This document shows, piece by piece, positions 19,480-27,958 of a stretch of 64,000 nt of DNA. The position numbers were made by a program, and so were the translations under genes. The notes beneath the pieces are model-generated. The model ran no database searches. It had not been told where the DNA came from and saw only the letters and a list, made by a program, of their open reading frames with translations. The stretch comes from Candidatus Latescibacterota bacterium (GTDB lineage: Bacteria; Latescibacterota; UBA2968; UBA8231): positions 3,015,340 through 3,079,339 of the forward strand of contig OZ242214.1 of the NCBI GenBank assembly GCA_965206595.1. The letters run 5' to 3'. How positions within the stretch are numbered: position 1 is the stretch's first letter; every line of letters starts with the position of its first letter.

Positions 19480-20751
19480 TCACTTTGCCTGTCTGCGGAA
19501 AAGTCTGGTCCCCAGCCCGACAATAAGCGCGACGTCATTAACCTCTTCATTGAACCATCGCCGATACTGTCCTTCCGCCCGTAAGACGAGGGCAGATCCC
19601 AGACACCACCGATAACCCAGACCGGCTCCGGCAGAGAAATCGGTCTCGGACTCACCATCACTGGATACTGTCACTAGAGCACCAAGCCCTAGTAAATAGG
19701 GACCGGACATCGTGTTGGTTCCCAGAGAGAATGTGCTCCGACCTCCAAGGTAAAGAGAGGTGATGCCATCTCCATCTGATGAAGCGTTTCCAAAACTGAA
19801 TTCCGGGCCAATGGACAGCTTTTCACTCGGAAACCACAAAACGTAAAGCGAGGGAATGAAATAGGGACGGTGTGCGGGGTGGAGAAACAGATAGTTTGGT
19901 GCAGCAGGCACCCCAATATGAGTAAAAGTAACAGTCTCAGAATTACCGAACCAATTAAAATTCAGGACGCGGCGGGAAAGTCCAAACATCGTTCCAATTT
20001 CGACCTCGGGGGCCGAGGAATTCTTTTGGAGACCAACGCGCCCTGCCCGAGTTCCCACCCCGAGAAGGAACGAGAAGTCATTAACCTCGTCATCGAACCA
20101 GAGCCGATACCGTCCTTCCGTCCGCAGGATTAAATCAGATCCCAGACGCCACTGATATCCTAGACCGGCTCCGACAGAGAAATCGGAGTCGGAGTCGGAG
20201 TAGAAACCATCTATGAACAATAAAGCACCGTGCCCCATAATGTAGGAGCTTGACCTTGCGTTGCTTTGCAGAAAGAATGCACCCCGACCTCCGAGATGAA
20301 GAGAGGTGATGCCATCTCCATCTGCTGAAACGCGTCCAAAACTGAATTCCGGGCCAATGGCCAGCTGCTCATTCGGAAACCACGAAACGTACAGCGAAGG
20401 ATTCCCAAAGAATGCAAGCGGCGCACCTGGCACCCCGGTAATTGTGAACCCGTCGCCATTGGAAGAAAGATGGGAAAGTCCGAACAGCGTGCCGATTTCG
20501 ACACCGGTAGCCCCATCTTCCGTCTTCATCACAGGTTCCTTGACCATTTTGGGGATCTCGTTCATCGCATAGACCAATACCCTGCCGTCAGCCGTTTGTA
20601 TCTTCAGCGATTCGCCTGGAATCTGCTCGACGATGGTTCCCCAAACGGTTTCTCCATTCTTCAAGTAAATAACATCTTCGGTCTCCTGGGCCAACAGCGG
20701 TTCGGTCACTAAAAAAGCGTTCAAGCAGGAAACCAGGAATAACCGCAGCAT
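19480..20751 (-). CDS. Hypothetical secreted protein with two tandem ~155-aa beta-barrel-like repeats
   Basis: GAAGGAGGG RBS. Signal MLRLFLVSCLNAFLVTEPLLAQE. Internal duplication FGLS...SLYV(S/L)WFP(N/S)E(Q/K)L(A/S)IGPEFSFG...DGDGITSL(H/Y)LGGR...DFS(V/A)GAGLGY(Q/R)W.LGS.L.LR.EG.YR.WF..EVND. Lower GC (~52%). Confidence 0.55.
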   Translation of the reverse strand: MLRLFLVSCLNAFLVTEPLLAQETEDVIYLKNGETVWGTIVEQIPGESLKIQTADGRVLVYAMNEIPKMVKEPVMKTEDGATGVEIGTLFGLSHLSSNGDGFTITGVPGAPLAFFGNPSLYVSWFPNEQLAIGPEFSFGRVSADGDGITSLHLGGRGAFFLQSNARSSSYIMGHGALLFIDGFYSDSDSDFSVGAGLGYQWRLGSDLILRTEGRYRLWFDDEVNDFSFLLGVGTRAGRVGLQKNSSAPEVEIGTMFGLSRRVLNFNWFGNSETVTFTHIGVPAAPNYLFLHPAHRPYFIPSLYVLWFPSEKLSIGPEFSFGNASSDGDGITSLYLGGRSTFSLGTNTMSGPYLLGLGALVTVSSDGESETDFSAGAGLGYRWCLGSALVLRAEGQYRRWFNEEVNDVALIVGLGTRLFRRQAK

Positions 20752-21139
20752 GATCGCCCTCCTTCAAAGGGTTGCACCAGTCAGGGGCATGGTTCTGTCC
20801 TCCGTTAGTGATGTTAAAAACTATCTTTAAAGCGGACAGGGAGTGTCCGTTGCCAGAAATTAATTCTCGTCGTACGCCTCGGGGAAAACAAAAACGCCAG
20901 AAAGAATTTGGTGACCGTATCAATCCTCTCCGGCGTTTACGCCGCAATTCCTGGTCCCCGGGCCCGGGTCGCGGCGGCATCGTGCCGTCAAACCGCTTGT
21001 TGAGCCGCCCTTGGGGACCTCGGTTCGAGCGCTCTGTCCTGCGATCAACGGAGCGGCTTTGCCACCGAGTCTGAATGACTACGGATGCCGCCATCGATGA
21101 CTCCATTCACTCGGTGCGGCATATCCGCCAGGGAAAGAT

Positions 21140-24100
21140 TCAGTACTGCAGGTGCCCGCCCGCGTCCGCGTCCCTTTCGATTGCGGCCTGCTCGATTCGC
21201 ATGCGGCGGTTGCCGGTCTCGTACGCCGCCAGGCCCCGCACCGGTTCGTCGGGGCCGCGGCCGAGGCGGCCCCTGACGGTTACCCCGCCCGGCAAGGGGA
21301 AGGAGTACCCGACCGGCCCGCTCGCCGGTTCCGGGGTTATGGTCCTGACCTGCGGCTCCGGCCTGCCCTGAGGCAAGACCCGGTACCGTTGCCCCGCCAC
21401 CGTTACGAACCTCAGTATATCGCCTTCCAGCTGGGTTCCGTCCCCGGCGGCATCCCCCTTTTCTTCCAGCAAGCTGTCCCCCGCGGGGCCTTCCCCTGCT
21501 CCTTCCGGCACGGTCCCGTCAGCCGCGGCATCCCCTTCCCCCGCACCGATCCCGCTGAGCAGACACGGCCCGCCCCAGGGATTGCGCAGGCGACACTCCT
21601 CCCCAAGCCGGGACTCGATCTCGACGAACTCCACCTCCCCCCCGCGGATCGACGACGTCACCAGAAAGCCGCCCCGGGCCAGCAGGCGGAACGAGGCTTC
21701 CCATTCCTTCGGCCAGGCCGGAAACACGCGGATGACCTCCGGCTCTCCCGGCCGCGGGGACACGCTCTGCATCAGTCCCTGCTGCAAGGTCCCGGCCGCC
21801 ATCCCCGAGGGCTCCAGTCCCATCGACTGGATCCCCTGCTCGAAGCAGCTCAGGCCGTTGGCGAGGTAGGGCTTGTACAGGCTGTAGTGGGCGGCGAGCA
21901 GGGCGGGCAGCTCTTCGCCGCGGCCGGCCAGGGGAAAGGCGATCGGGGTGCGCACCAGCGACGGCCGCCAATGCCTGCCGGTCATCGCCTTGCGGTGGTT
22001 GGGGCAGAGGTCGAGCAGCCGCCGCACCATCGCCGCTTGCGCATCGTCGCCGCTCTCCAGGGTCCAGGCCTCGAAGGTCTCGACCGGGTGCGCCCAGACG
22101 TCCTCGCTCGGGAAGTCCTCCCCCGGGACGTCGATGTGGCCGAGGTGGCCGGCGGCCCAGACGTCGTCGGCCAGGGTCCCGAAGGTCAGGGCCTTCGACT
22201 CCGGGTCGCTCCCCATCGGGTAGGGGGCGAGGTTCTCGAGCAGGTCCCGCCAGCGCTCCCGCAGGCCGGCGTCGACCCCGAGGATCTCCGCGGCGCGGAC
22301 GGCGGGCCCGGCGATGCCGCGGATCGCCGCCAGGTCCTTGAGGCTGTCCTTCACCAGGTAGAAGGACTCCATGACGTTGGTCCCCTCGAGGTGGTAGAGG
22401 CCGTCCTCCTCCTTGACGGCGAGGTGCCGGTAGAACTCGGCGGCGCCGCGCAGCAGCGGATAGGCCCTGTCGCGCAGCCAGTCCTCGTCCCCGGTGCGGC
22501 GGTACCGCCACCAGGCGTGCAGGGCGATCTTGCTGCCCGTCGAGACGATGTGGGCGATGGCGGCGAACGGCCGCAGTCCCCGGCGCGCCTCCTCCTCCTT
22601 GTTGCCGTCGAACGCCGAGCTGTAGTAGAGGTGGGAGTCGTGCTGGCAGAGGACGCGGGTGCGCGCCGACAGGGTGCCGCTGCCGGTCCTGCCGAGGAAG
22701 TAGTCGCGGAACTCCCGGGCGCATTCTTCCGGAAGCAGCACCGGTCCGTCGGCAGGGCTGGTCTCGGGAAACAGGGCGCCCGCGGCCACCCCCCAGCGCT
22801 GACGGGCGGCCTCCTCGCACAGGGGCAGCTGGCGCGAGTACATGTCGAAGTAGGGCTCGCACAGGTCGACGGCGTCGGCGGCCTGGAGCGGCCGGTACAT
22901 CATCTCGACGATCCAGTGCCAGAGCTGGGTGCCGAGATGGGGGATGTCCCCCTCGGTCTGGAAGATCAGGCCGGCCCCCTGCGGCACCGGACCGGGGCCG
23001 CGCGACGAGGAGGCGGCGTAGTACAGGTGCAGGGTGCGGACGCGCTCGAGGTAGTCGGCGAAGCCGTCGTCGCTGGTCAGGTGCACGAAGGACCGGGACC
23101 AGAAACGGTGCCACCATTCCGCGTGCTCCTCCCGCAACATTTCATATGACATGCCGGCCGCGGCGTCGAGCAGCTCCAGAGCCCTGTCGCCGGTGCCGCC
23201 GGAATCCGGGCCTGCCGCATCGGGCTCGAGTAGCTCCAGGGCCCTTTCCCCCGTGCCGCCGGCGTCCGGGCCTGCTTTCGCGGCGCTGGAGAGCAGCACC
23301 GAGCGGACTCCGTTTTGCGCGGGAAGCACCAGCGTGCGCGCCTCGGGCCGGCCCTTGGAGATCGCCTCGCGCTCGTTTGTGATGCCGAGCGGCTTCTCGT
23401 CCCACAGCAGGGCCGCCGGCTTCCAGGCGGCCTCGTGCGCCTCGACGGGGGGGTTCGCTCCCGGAACCGCCACGGCCACAGCGGACCCGGCGCGGTACTC
23501 CTCGTCGCGGAAGAACCGCTTCTCCTCGAACTCCTGCACCACCAGCAGCCTGCCGCCGGAGCCTTCGAAGCGGTAGCGGGCCGTGTGCACCCCGGTCTCG
23601 ATCTCCTCGGGAATCCAGCGCTTGGCGTTCCAGAGATTGAGGGGCGTGGTCACCTCCGGTGCCCGCCACATCGACAGGGTCACGCGGATCTCCCGCGGCC
23701 GCACGCGCCGGTCGTCGACCTCCACCGCGAGGAGGTCGCGGGCCGAGGAGAGGAAGCAGCGCACCTGCACCCCGTCTCCGGAGATGGCGACCTCGGCGTC
23801 GTACAGGGAGAGGTGCTGGCGGAAGGCATCCCCGGCCGCGAACGCCTGGCCACCTACATCTATCTCGATGCGGGCGCAGCCGCCGCGGTAGTCGACCGGG
23901 CTGCGGTGCGAGCCGGCGTGGTTGCGGTCCGAGGAGAAGAGGTCGCGCCGGTTGAGGTGGAAGCGCACCGAGCCCGGCGTCGTCCAGACCGTCGTCCCCA
24001 TCATGCCGTTGCCGATCGGGGTCCCGTCGATCGACACCTCCGCGGGGCTGTGGTAGACGAGGTCGGCGCGCGAGACCAGGGCGCGGTAATCGACTGCGAT

Positions 24101-24241
24101 CCCGTCAACCATCCGGGGTGTTCCGGGGCGGGGATACGGCTGAAGATTTACCCATCCCGGGCCCGTGGAGCTCTGGTTTTCACTTCCCCCCGGCTGACCG
24201 TGGGGCTTTGCTTCGATGGGTCGCGTGCCGTATCGGGACAT
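21140..24241 (-). CDS. Glycoside hydrolase, GH95-like (alpha-L-fucosidase/galactosidase family), with a low-complexity insert
   Basis: N-terminal DLVYHSPAEVSIDGTPIGNGMMGTTVWTTPGSVRFHLNRRDLFS resembles the GH95 N-terminal domain consensus (PA..W..ALP(I/L)GNG.(L/M)GA.V(F/Y)G...E.(L/F)(Q/H)LNE..L(W/F)S). ~1000 aa is consistent with an (alpha/alpha)6 catalytic core. Confidence 0.5.
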   Translation of the reverse strand: MSRYGTRPIEAKPHGQPGGSENQSSTGPGWVNLQPYPRPGTPRMVDGIAVDYRALVSRADLVYHSPAEVSIDGTPIGNGMMGTTVWTTPGSVRFHLNRRDLFSSDRNHAGSHRSPVDYRGGCARIEIDVGGQAFAAGDAFRQHLSLYDAEVAISGDGVQVRCFLSSARDLLAVEVDDRRVRPREIRVTLSMWRAPEVTTPLNLWNAKRWIPEEIETGVHTARYRFEGSGGRLLVVQEFEEKRFFRDEEYRAGSAVAVAVPGANPPVEAHEAAWKPAALLWDEKPLGITNEREAISKGRPEARTLVLPAQNGVRSVLLSSAAKAGPDAGGTGERALELLEPDAAGPDSGGTGDRALELLDAAAGMSYEMLREEHAEWWHRFWSRSFVHLTSDDGFADYLERVRTLHLYYAASSSRGPGPVPQGAGLIFQTEGDIPHLGTQLWHWIVEMMYRPLQAADAVDLCEPYFDMYSRQLPLCEEAARQRWGVAAGALFPETSPADGPVLLPEECAREFRDYFLGRTGSGTLSARTRVLCQHDSHLYYSSAFDGNKEEEARRGLRPFAAIAHIVSTGSKIALHAWWRYRRTGDEDWLRDRAYPLLRGAAEFYRHLAVKEEDGLYHLEGTNVMESFYLVKDSLKDLAAIRGIAGPAVRAAEILGVDAGLRERWRDLLENLAPYPMGSDPESKALTFGTLADDVWAAGHLGHIDVPGEDFPSEDVWAHPVETFEAWTLESGDDAQAAMVRRLLDLCPNHRKAMTGRHWRPSLVRTPIAFPLAGRGEELPALLAAHYSLYKPYLANGLSCFEQGIQSMGLEPSGMAAGTLQQGLMQSVSPRPGEPEVIRVFPAWPKEWEASFRLLARGGFLVTSSIRGGEVEFVEIESRLGEECRLRNPWGGPCLLSGIGAGEGDAAADGTVPEGAGEGPAGDSLLEEKGDAAGDGTQLEGDILRFVTVAGQRYRVLPQGRPEPQVRTITPEPASGPVGYSFPLPGGVTVRGRLGRGPDEPVRGLAAYETGNRRMRIEQAAIERDADAGGHLQY

Positions 24242-24496
24242 TTCTAAAGGTGTTATCCTTCCTTTGGTCCGGATTGGGGAAATCGGAGTTCGGCGGTTTC
24301 GCCCCTCCAGTCACACTGAAGCGTTTTCCGGCTTGATCTTTTCCCGGAGGAGCTCGATCCGGATGCCATCCCAACTCGATCACTCCTTTCAAACAATGCC
24401 TTCTCCGCCGCAACCAAAAACCGGTCGATGGTTCCTCTGCAAGCCAGCCCGCAGGCCGGCAGCCCGGAGGGAGAACCGGCCGACAGGGACCACGCC

Positions 24497-25732
24497 ATGA
24501 ACAGGGACGAGCTTCACGCCAAAGCGGTCCGCCTGGAGCGGGAGCTTCGGGAGACCCGCGAACTTCTGCGCCGGGCCTGCCACGACCCCGGTGCTTTTAC
24601 CGCGGAGCTGGTAAGCACTCGCGCCTACGCTTTCAACGCCGCACGACCGGTCGCCGAGGTGGTGAGCGGTTGTGCCGATTCCCTGGACCGGTACGGGTTC
24701 TGCGTCATCGACAAGGTGATCCCGGACGGGGAGGTGGAGGCCATCCGGGAGGAGGTGGCAGCCGCCCGGGACGTCATCTCCCGCAACATCCAGGCGATCA
24801 GAGAGCTTTCTGGTAAAGATGCGCCCCCGGGGGCGCCGCCGGAAGGCGCCGGAGGGGGAGTGGAGCTGCGCCCGGTGCGCCGCCTCGGGCACCCGCCCAA
24901 ACCTCCCAACGACATCGTCCGGATGCCCCGCTTCGCCCGCCATCTGGCTTCCCCGGTTGTAACCGCCCTGGCGCGCTGCGTCCTCGACGACCACCTGCGC
25001 ATCGCCCAGCTGCATCCGCGCATCGTCGAGGCGGGCAAGCCCGACGGAACCGGGGTGGCGGCCCACCGGGAACGCGCCGGCGTGCGCGGATGGCACACGG
25101 ACTGGCCCCACGACCTGTCGGCCTACGGCATGGGATCGCCCCTGGAAAACGCCGGCTGCATCCGCCAGCCCTTCCCGGACGTAACCATGTGTCTGGTGAT
25201 GATCTGGTATCTCACCGACGTCGATGAAAACTCCGGCGGCACCTGGGCGGTCCCCGGATCGCACAAGGACAAACGCAACCCGCGCGGCCCCGGCGACGGC
25301 ATCATGGTCACCGCTCCGATCCCCGGTGACATGCAAGTGAGGGCGAAGGCCGGATCGGTGTATATCCAGGACTCCCGTACCTGGCATGCCTCCCCCCGGC
25401 ACAACCGCAGCGGCCGGGACCGGGCGGCCATGGTGACCCGCTGGTGTCCCTGGTGGTTGTCGGTCGACGACTACGCCCCGGGCGATGCCTTCAGCACCAG
25501 CATCGTCTGCCGGCCGCTCTCCCAAGAGGAGTATCTCGCCTTGCCTGAGGCCCTGCGGCCGCTGATGAGGCACCTCTGTCCCGGTGAGCGGGACACCCTG
25601 CAGCAGCCGGTGCTCGACCGCTCCGAGGCGGCCGATCGTCAGAACCAGCGGGGATTCCGCCTGCTGGAGGAAAACCCGCAAGCCCTGGCACAGGCCAACG
25701 CCCACATCCGGGTCCCGGTGGAGGATCGGTGA
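24497..25732 (+). CDS. Phytanoyl-CoA dioxygenase (PhyH) family Fe(II)/2-oxoglutarate oxygenase
   Basis: WHTDW...D facial triad region. VPGSHK and TWHAS motifs. The start is taken at the internal MNRDEL, since the upstream part of the ORF is Pro/Ala-rich. Confidence 0.8.
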   Translation: MNRDELHAKAVRLERELRETRELLRRACHDPGAFTAELVSTRAYAFNAARPVAEVVSGCADSLDRYGFCVIDKVIPDGEVEAIREEVAAARDVISRNIQAIRELSGKDAPPGAPPEGAGGGVELRPVRRLGHPPKPPNDIVRMPRFARHLASPVVTALARCVLDDHLRIAQLHPRIVEAGKPDGTGVAAHRERAGVRGWHTDWPHDLSAYGMGSPLENAGCIRQPFPDVTMCLVMIWYLTDVDENSGGTWAVPGSHKDKRNPRGPGDGIMVTAPIPGDMQVRAKAGSVYIQDSRTWHASPRHNRSGRDRAAMVTRWCPWWLSVDDYAPGDAFSTSIVCRPLSQEEYLALPEALRPLMRHLCPGERDTLQQPVLDRSEAADRQNQRGFRLLEENPQALAQANAHIRVPVEDR

Positions 25733-25754
25733 CGCCGGGGGAGCGAGAGTGCGC

Positions 25755-26120
25755 ATGAGCCGCAAGAGCGAAACCTGCTTCGGCAGCCGGACAGCCGGAG
25801 CGCTGACCGAGTACGACTCGGAATTCGACGCCCGGGAAGCGGCCGAGTACGCCAACAGCCGCTACCGCAGGAACCTGGTCCCCTATCGGTGCGACCGCTG
25901 CGGCATGTGGCATCTCGCACCCGGCAGCAGGAACACCCCGAGCCGGCCGTGCGGCTACTGCACCGGCAGGGACGGCCTGCCCAAGGAGTCCTACCGCAGC
26001 CGCGAGGCCGCGGCCCTCCGGGCGGAGATCCTGCGCAAGGAAGAAGGGGCTTCGCTGCAGGTGTACGCCTGCCAGTACGGCGACGGCTGGCACCTCACCG
26101 GCAGCCGACGGCGGCCTTGA
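25755..26120 (+). CDS. Cys-rich small protein (121 aa) with an internal duplication. Putative zinc-ribbon protein.
   Basis: ATG at 25755 after GGAGCGAGAG. Two repeats of the form Y.C..(C)G.WHL.G.R (YRCDRCGMWHLAPGSR and YACQYGDGWHLTGSRR), plus CGYC. Confidence 0.45.
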   Translation: MSRKSETCFGSRTAGALTEYDSEFDAREAAEYANSRYRRNLVPYRCDRCGMWHLAPGSRNTPSRPCGYCTGRDGLPKESYRSREAAALRAEILRKEEGASLQVYACQYGDGWHLTGSRRRP

Positions 26121-26157
26121 GGGGCGTCACCAGGATTCACCGGAACGGAAAATCATC

Positions 26158-26928
26158 ATGCCCCCCGATATCGACCGCTACGTCGAGGCAGTCCTGACCA
26201 GGGGCCACTGCCTGCTCGAGAACCAGTTTCCCCGCGACGCCGTCGAAGCCTGCCGCGCCGGGTTTCTCCCCCTGCTCGAGGAGGTGGCGCGCCGCATCCC
26301 GGAAGGGAACCGCGGCCCCAACCGCTGGGCCATCGGCCTGCCGTTCGCGCCCCCCTTCTATCACTCCGCCTTCTTTCTCGACGAGACCGTAAACCGGATC
26401 TGCAGCCGCATCCTCGGAGACGACATGCACGTCGTCTACTACGGCACCGACACCCCTGTCGCCGGCTCCGGGTACCAGAAGGTGCATGCCGACATACCGA
26501 TGCTGTTCCCCGAGGACCCCAACCACAGGCATCCCCCCGCGACCCTGTCGGTGCGTTTCACCTTCGGCGACATGACGATGGAGAACGGACCTTTCGAAGT
26601 GGCCCCGGGTATGCAGCACCTGCCACGGCAGGAGACGCTGGCCCGGCTGGAATCAAGGGAGCTGCCGCTGGAGCCGCTGCTGCTAAAGGTCGGGGACGTG
26701 ATCGTGTCGGACGCCCGCACTCCGCATCGAGGCACCCCCAACCATACCCGCGAGCCGCGGCCGTTCGCGGTCATCGTATACAACCGCTCCTGGTACTTCA
26801 CCGAGTCGATGGATGTGCGCGAGCTCGAGGCCAACGAGGAGACCCCGAGGCTCACCGAGTCTTTCTACCGGTCCCTGTCGGAGAAGGAGCAATTCCTGCT
26901 GCGCCGGCTGAAGCGGCAGCCGGGCTAG
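26158..26928 (+). CDS. Phytanoyl-CoA dioxygenase (PhyH) family protein
   Basis: PhyH-like N-terminus (HGHCLLENQFPRDAVEACRAGF). H.D...H triad region (KVHADI...TPHRGTPN). Confidence 0.75.
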   Translation: MPPDIDRYVEAVLTRGHCLLENQFPRDAVEACRAGFLPLLEEVARRIPEGNRGPNRWAIGLPFAPPFYHSAFFLDETVNRICSRILGDDMHVVYYGTDTPVAGSGYQKVHADIPMLFPEDPNHRHPPATLSVRFTFGDMTMENGPFEVAPGMQHLPRQETLARLESRELPLEPLLLKVGDVIVSDARTPHRGTPNHTREPRPFAVIVYNRSWYFTESMDVRELEANEETPRLTESFYRSLSEKEQFLLRRLKRQPG

Positions 26929-26952
26929 TTTTCTGGGGCTGCCCGGACTACT

Positions 26953-27924
26953 TCAGTGGACCTTCCGCGCGCGGTAGTCGGCCATGACCTGCTCGGTGCG
27001 GCGCAGGAGGTGCTCGTCCTTCTCGCTGCGCACCGCGGTGGGGTCCATCCCCGACCAGTCGTAGTACCCCTTCCCCGACTTCAGTCCCGTCTCGCCGCGC
27101 TCGACCATGGCCCGCAGGTAGGCCAGCGCTTCCTCCCAGCCCCCTAGGTGTCTCCACAGGTGGCCGGCCACGTTCACGTGCATCGCGAGCCCGTTGATGT
27201 CGCGCTGCTTGAGGGGGCCGGCGGTGGTGAACCGCGGGGCCAGGCCCAGCTCGACGGCCAGGTCGATGGACTCGGCGTCGGCCACGCCGGTGACCAGCAG
27301 GTTCACGGCCTCGCAGATCACGGCGTGCTGCAGGCGGTTGCACAGGAAGCCGGGCACGTCCTTCTCGACGCGCAGGGGGATCTTGTCCAGCCGCCGCCAG
27401 ATCTCGCAGGAGCGGTCCATGGCCTCGTCCGAGGTCCTGTTCCCGCGGATGACCTCCAGGACGGGGACGATGTGGGCGGGCTGGAAGAAGTGGGAGCCGG
27501 CGATGCGGTCCGGGTGGGCCATGCGCTCGCCGAGCTGGGTGATGGGCAGGCCGGAGGTGTTGCTCGCCAGCACCGTGTCCCGGGGGGCCGCCGCGTCCAT
27601 GCGCCGGAAGACCTCCTGCTTGGCCTCGAGGTTCTCCGTGATCGATTCGACGACGAACTGCGCGGTGCCGACGGCTTCCTCCAGCTCCGTGGTGGTGCGG
27701 ATGCGGCCGGCCACGGCTGCGGCCGTCTCGCCCTTCAGCAGATCGTGCCGCTGCAGGTCGCCGGCGCCCCGCCGGATGCTGTCCATGGCCTGGTCCAGGG
27801 TTTCCTGGCGCCGGCTCACCAGCACCGTTTCCCTGCTGCCGAGGGCCAGCACCAGGGCGATCTGGCTGCCCATGAGGCCGCCTCCGACGACGGCCGACTT
27901 CTCGATAAACAGATCCGGTTCCAT
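26953..27924 (-). CDS. 3-hydroxyacyl-CoA dehydrogenase (NAD-binding, 3-hydroxybutyryl-CoA dehydrogenase-like)
   Basis: AAGGAGG RBS then ATG at 27924. Rossmann motif VVGGGLMGSQIA. C-terminal 3HCDH dimerisation domain. Confidence 0.85.
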   Translation of the reverse strand: MEPDLFIEKSAVVGGGLMGSQIALVLALGSRETVLVSRRQETLDQAMDSIRRGAGDLQRHDLLKGETAAAVAGRIRTTTELEEAVGTAQFVVESITENLEAKQEVFRRMDAAAPRDTVLASNTSGLPITQLGERMAHPDRIAGSHFFQPAHIVPVLEVIRGNRTSDEAMDRSCEIWRRLDKIPLRVEKDVPGFLCNRLQHAVICEAVNLLVTGVADAESIDLAVELGLAPRFTTAGPLKQRDINGLAMHVNVAGHLWRHLGGWEEALAYLRAMVERGETGLKSGKGYYDWSGMDPTAVRSEKDEHLLRRTEQVMADYRARKVH

Positions 27925-27958
27925 TCTCTTCCGCCTCCTTTGCGGGTTTGCCTGGTCT

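Noticed and set aside
21152-23149. 665-aa + ORF and 532-aa minus ORF (21519-23117) overlapping the GH95-like gene
   Set aside because: Low-complexity high-GC artefacts. The 21140-24241 minus frame carries the GH95 N-terminal signature.
24389-25855. 488-aa minus ORF antisense to the PhyH gene
   Set aside because: The PhyH frame has the WHTDW, VPGSHK and TWHAS motifs. The antisense ORF has none.
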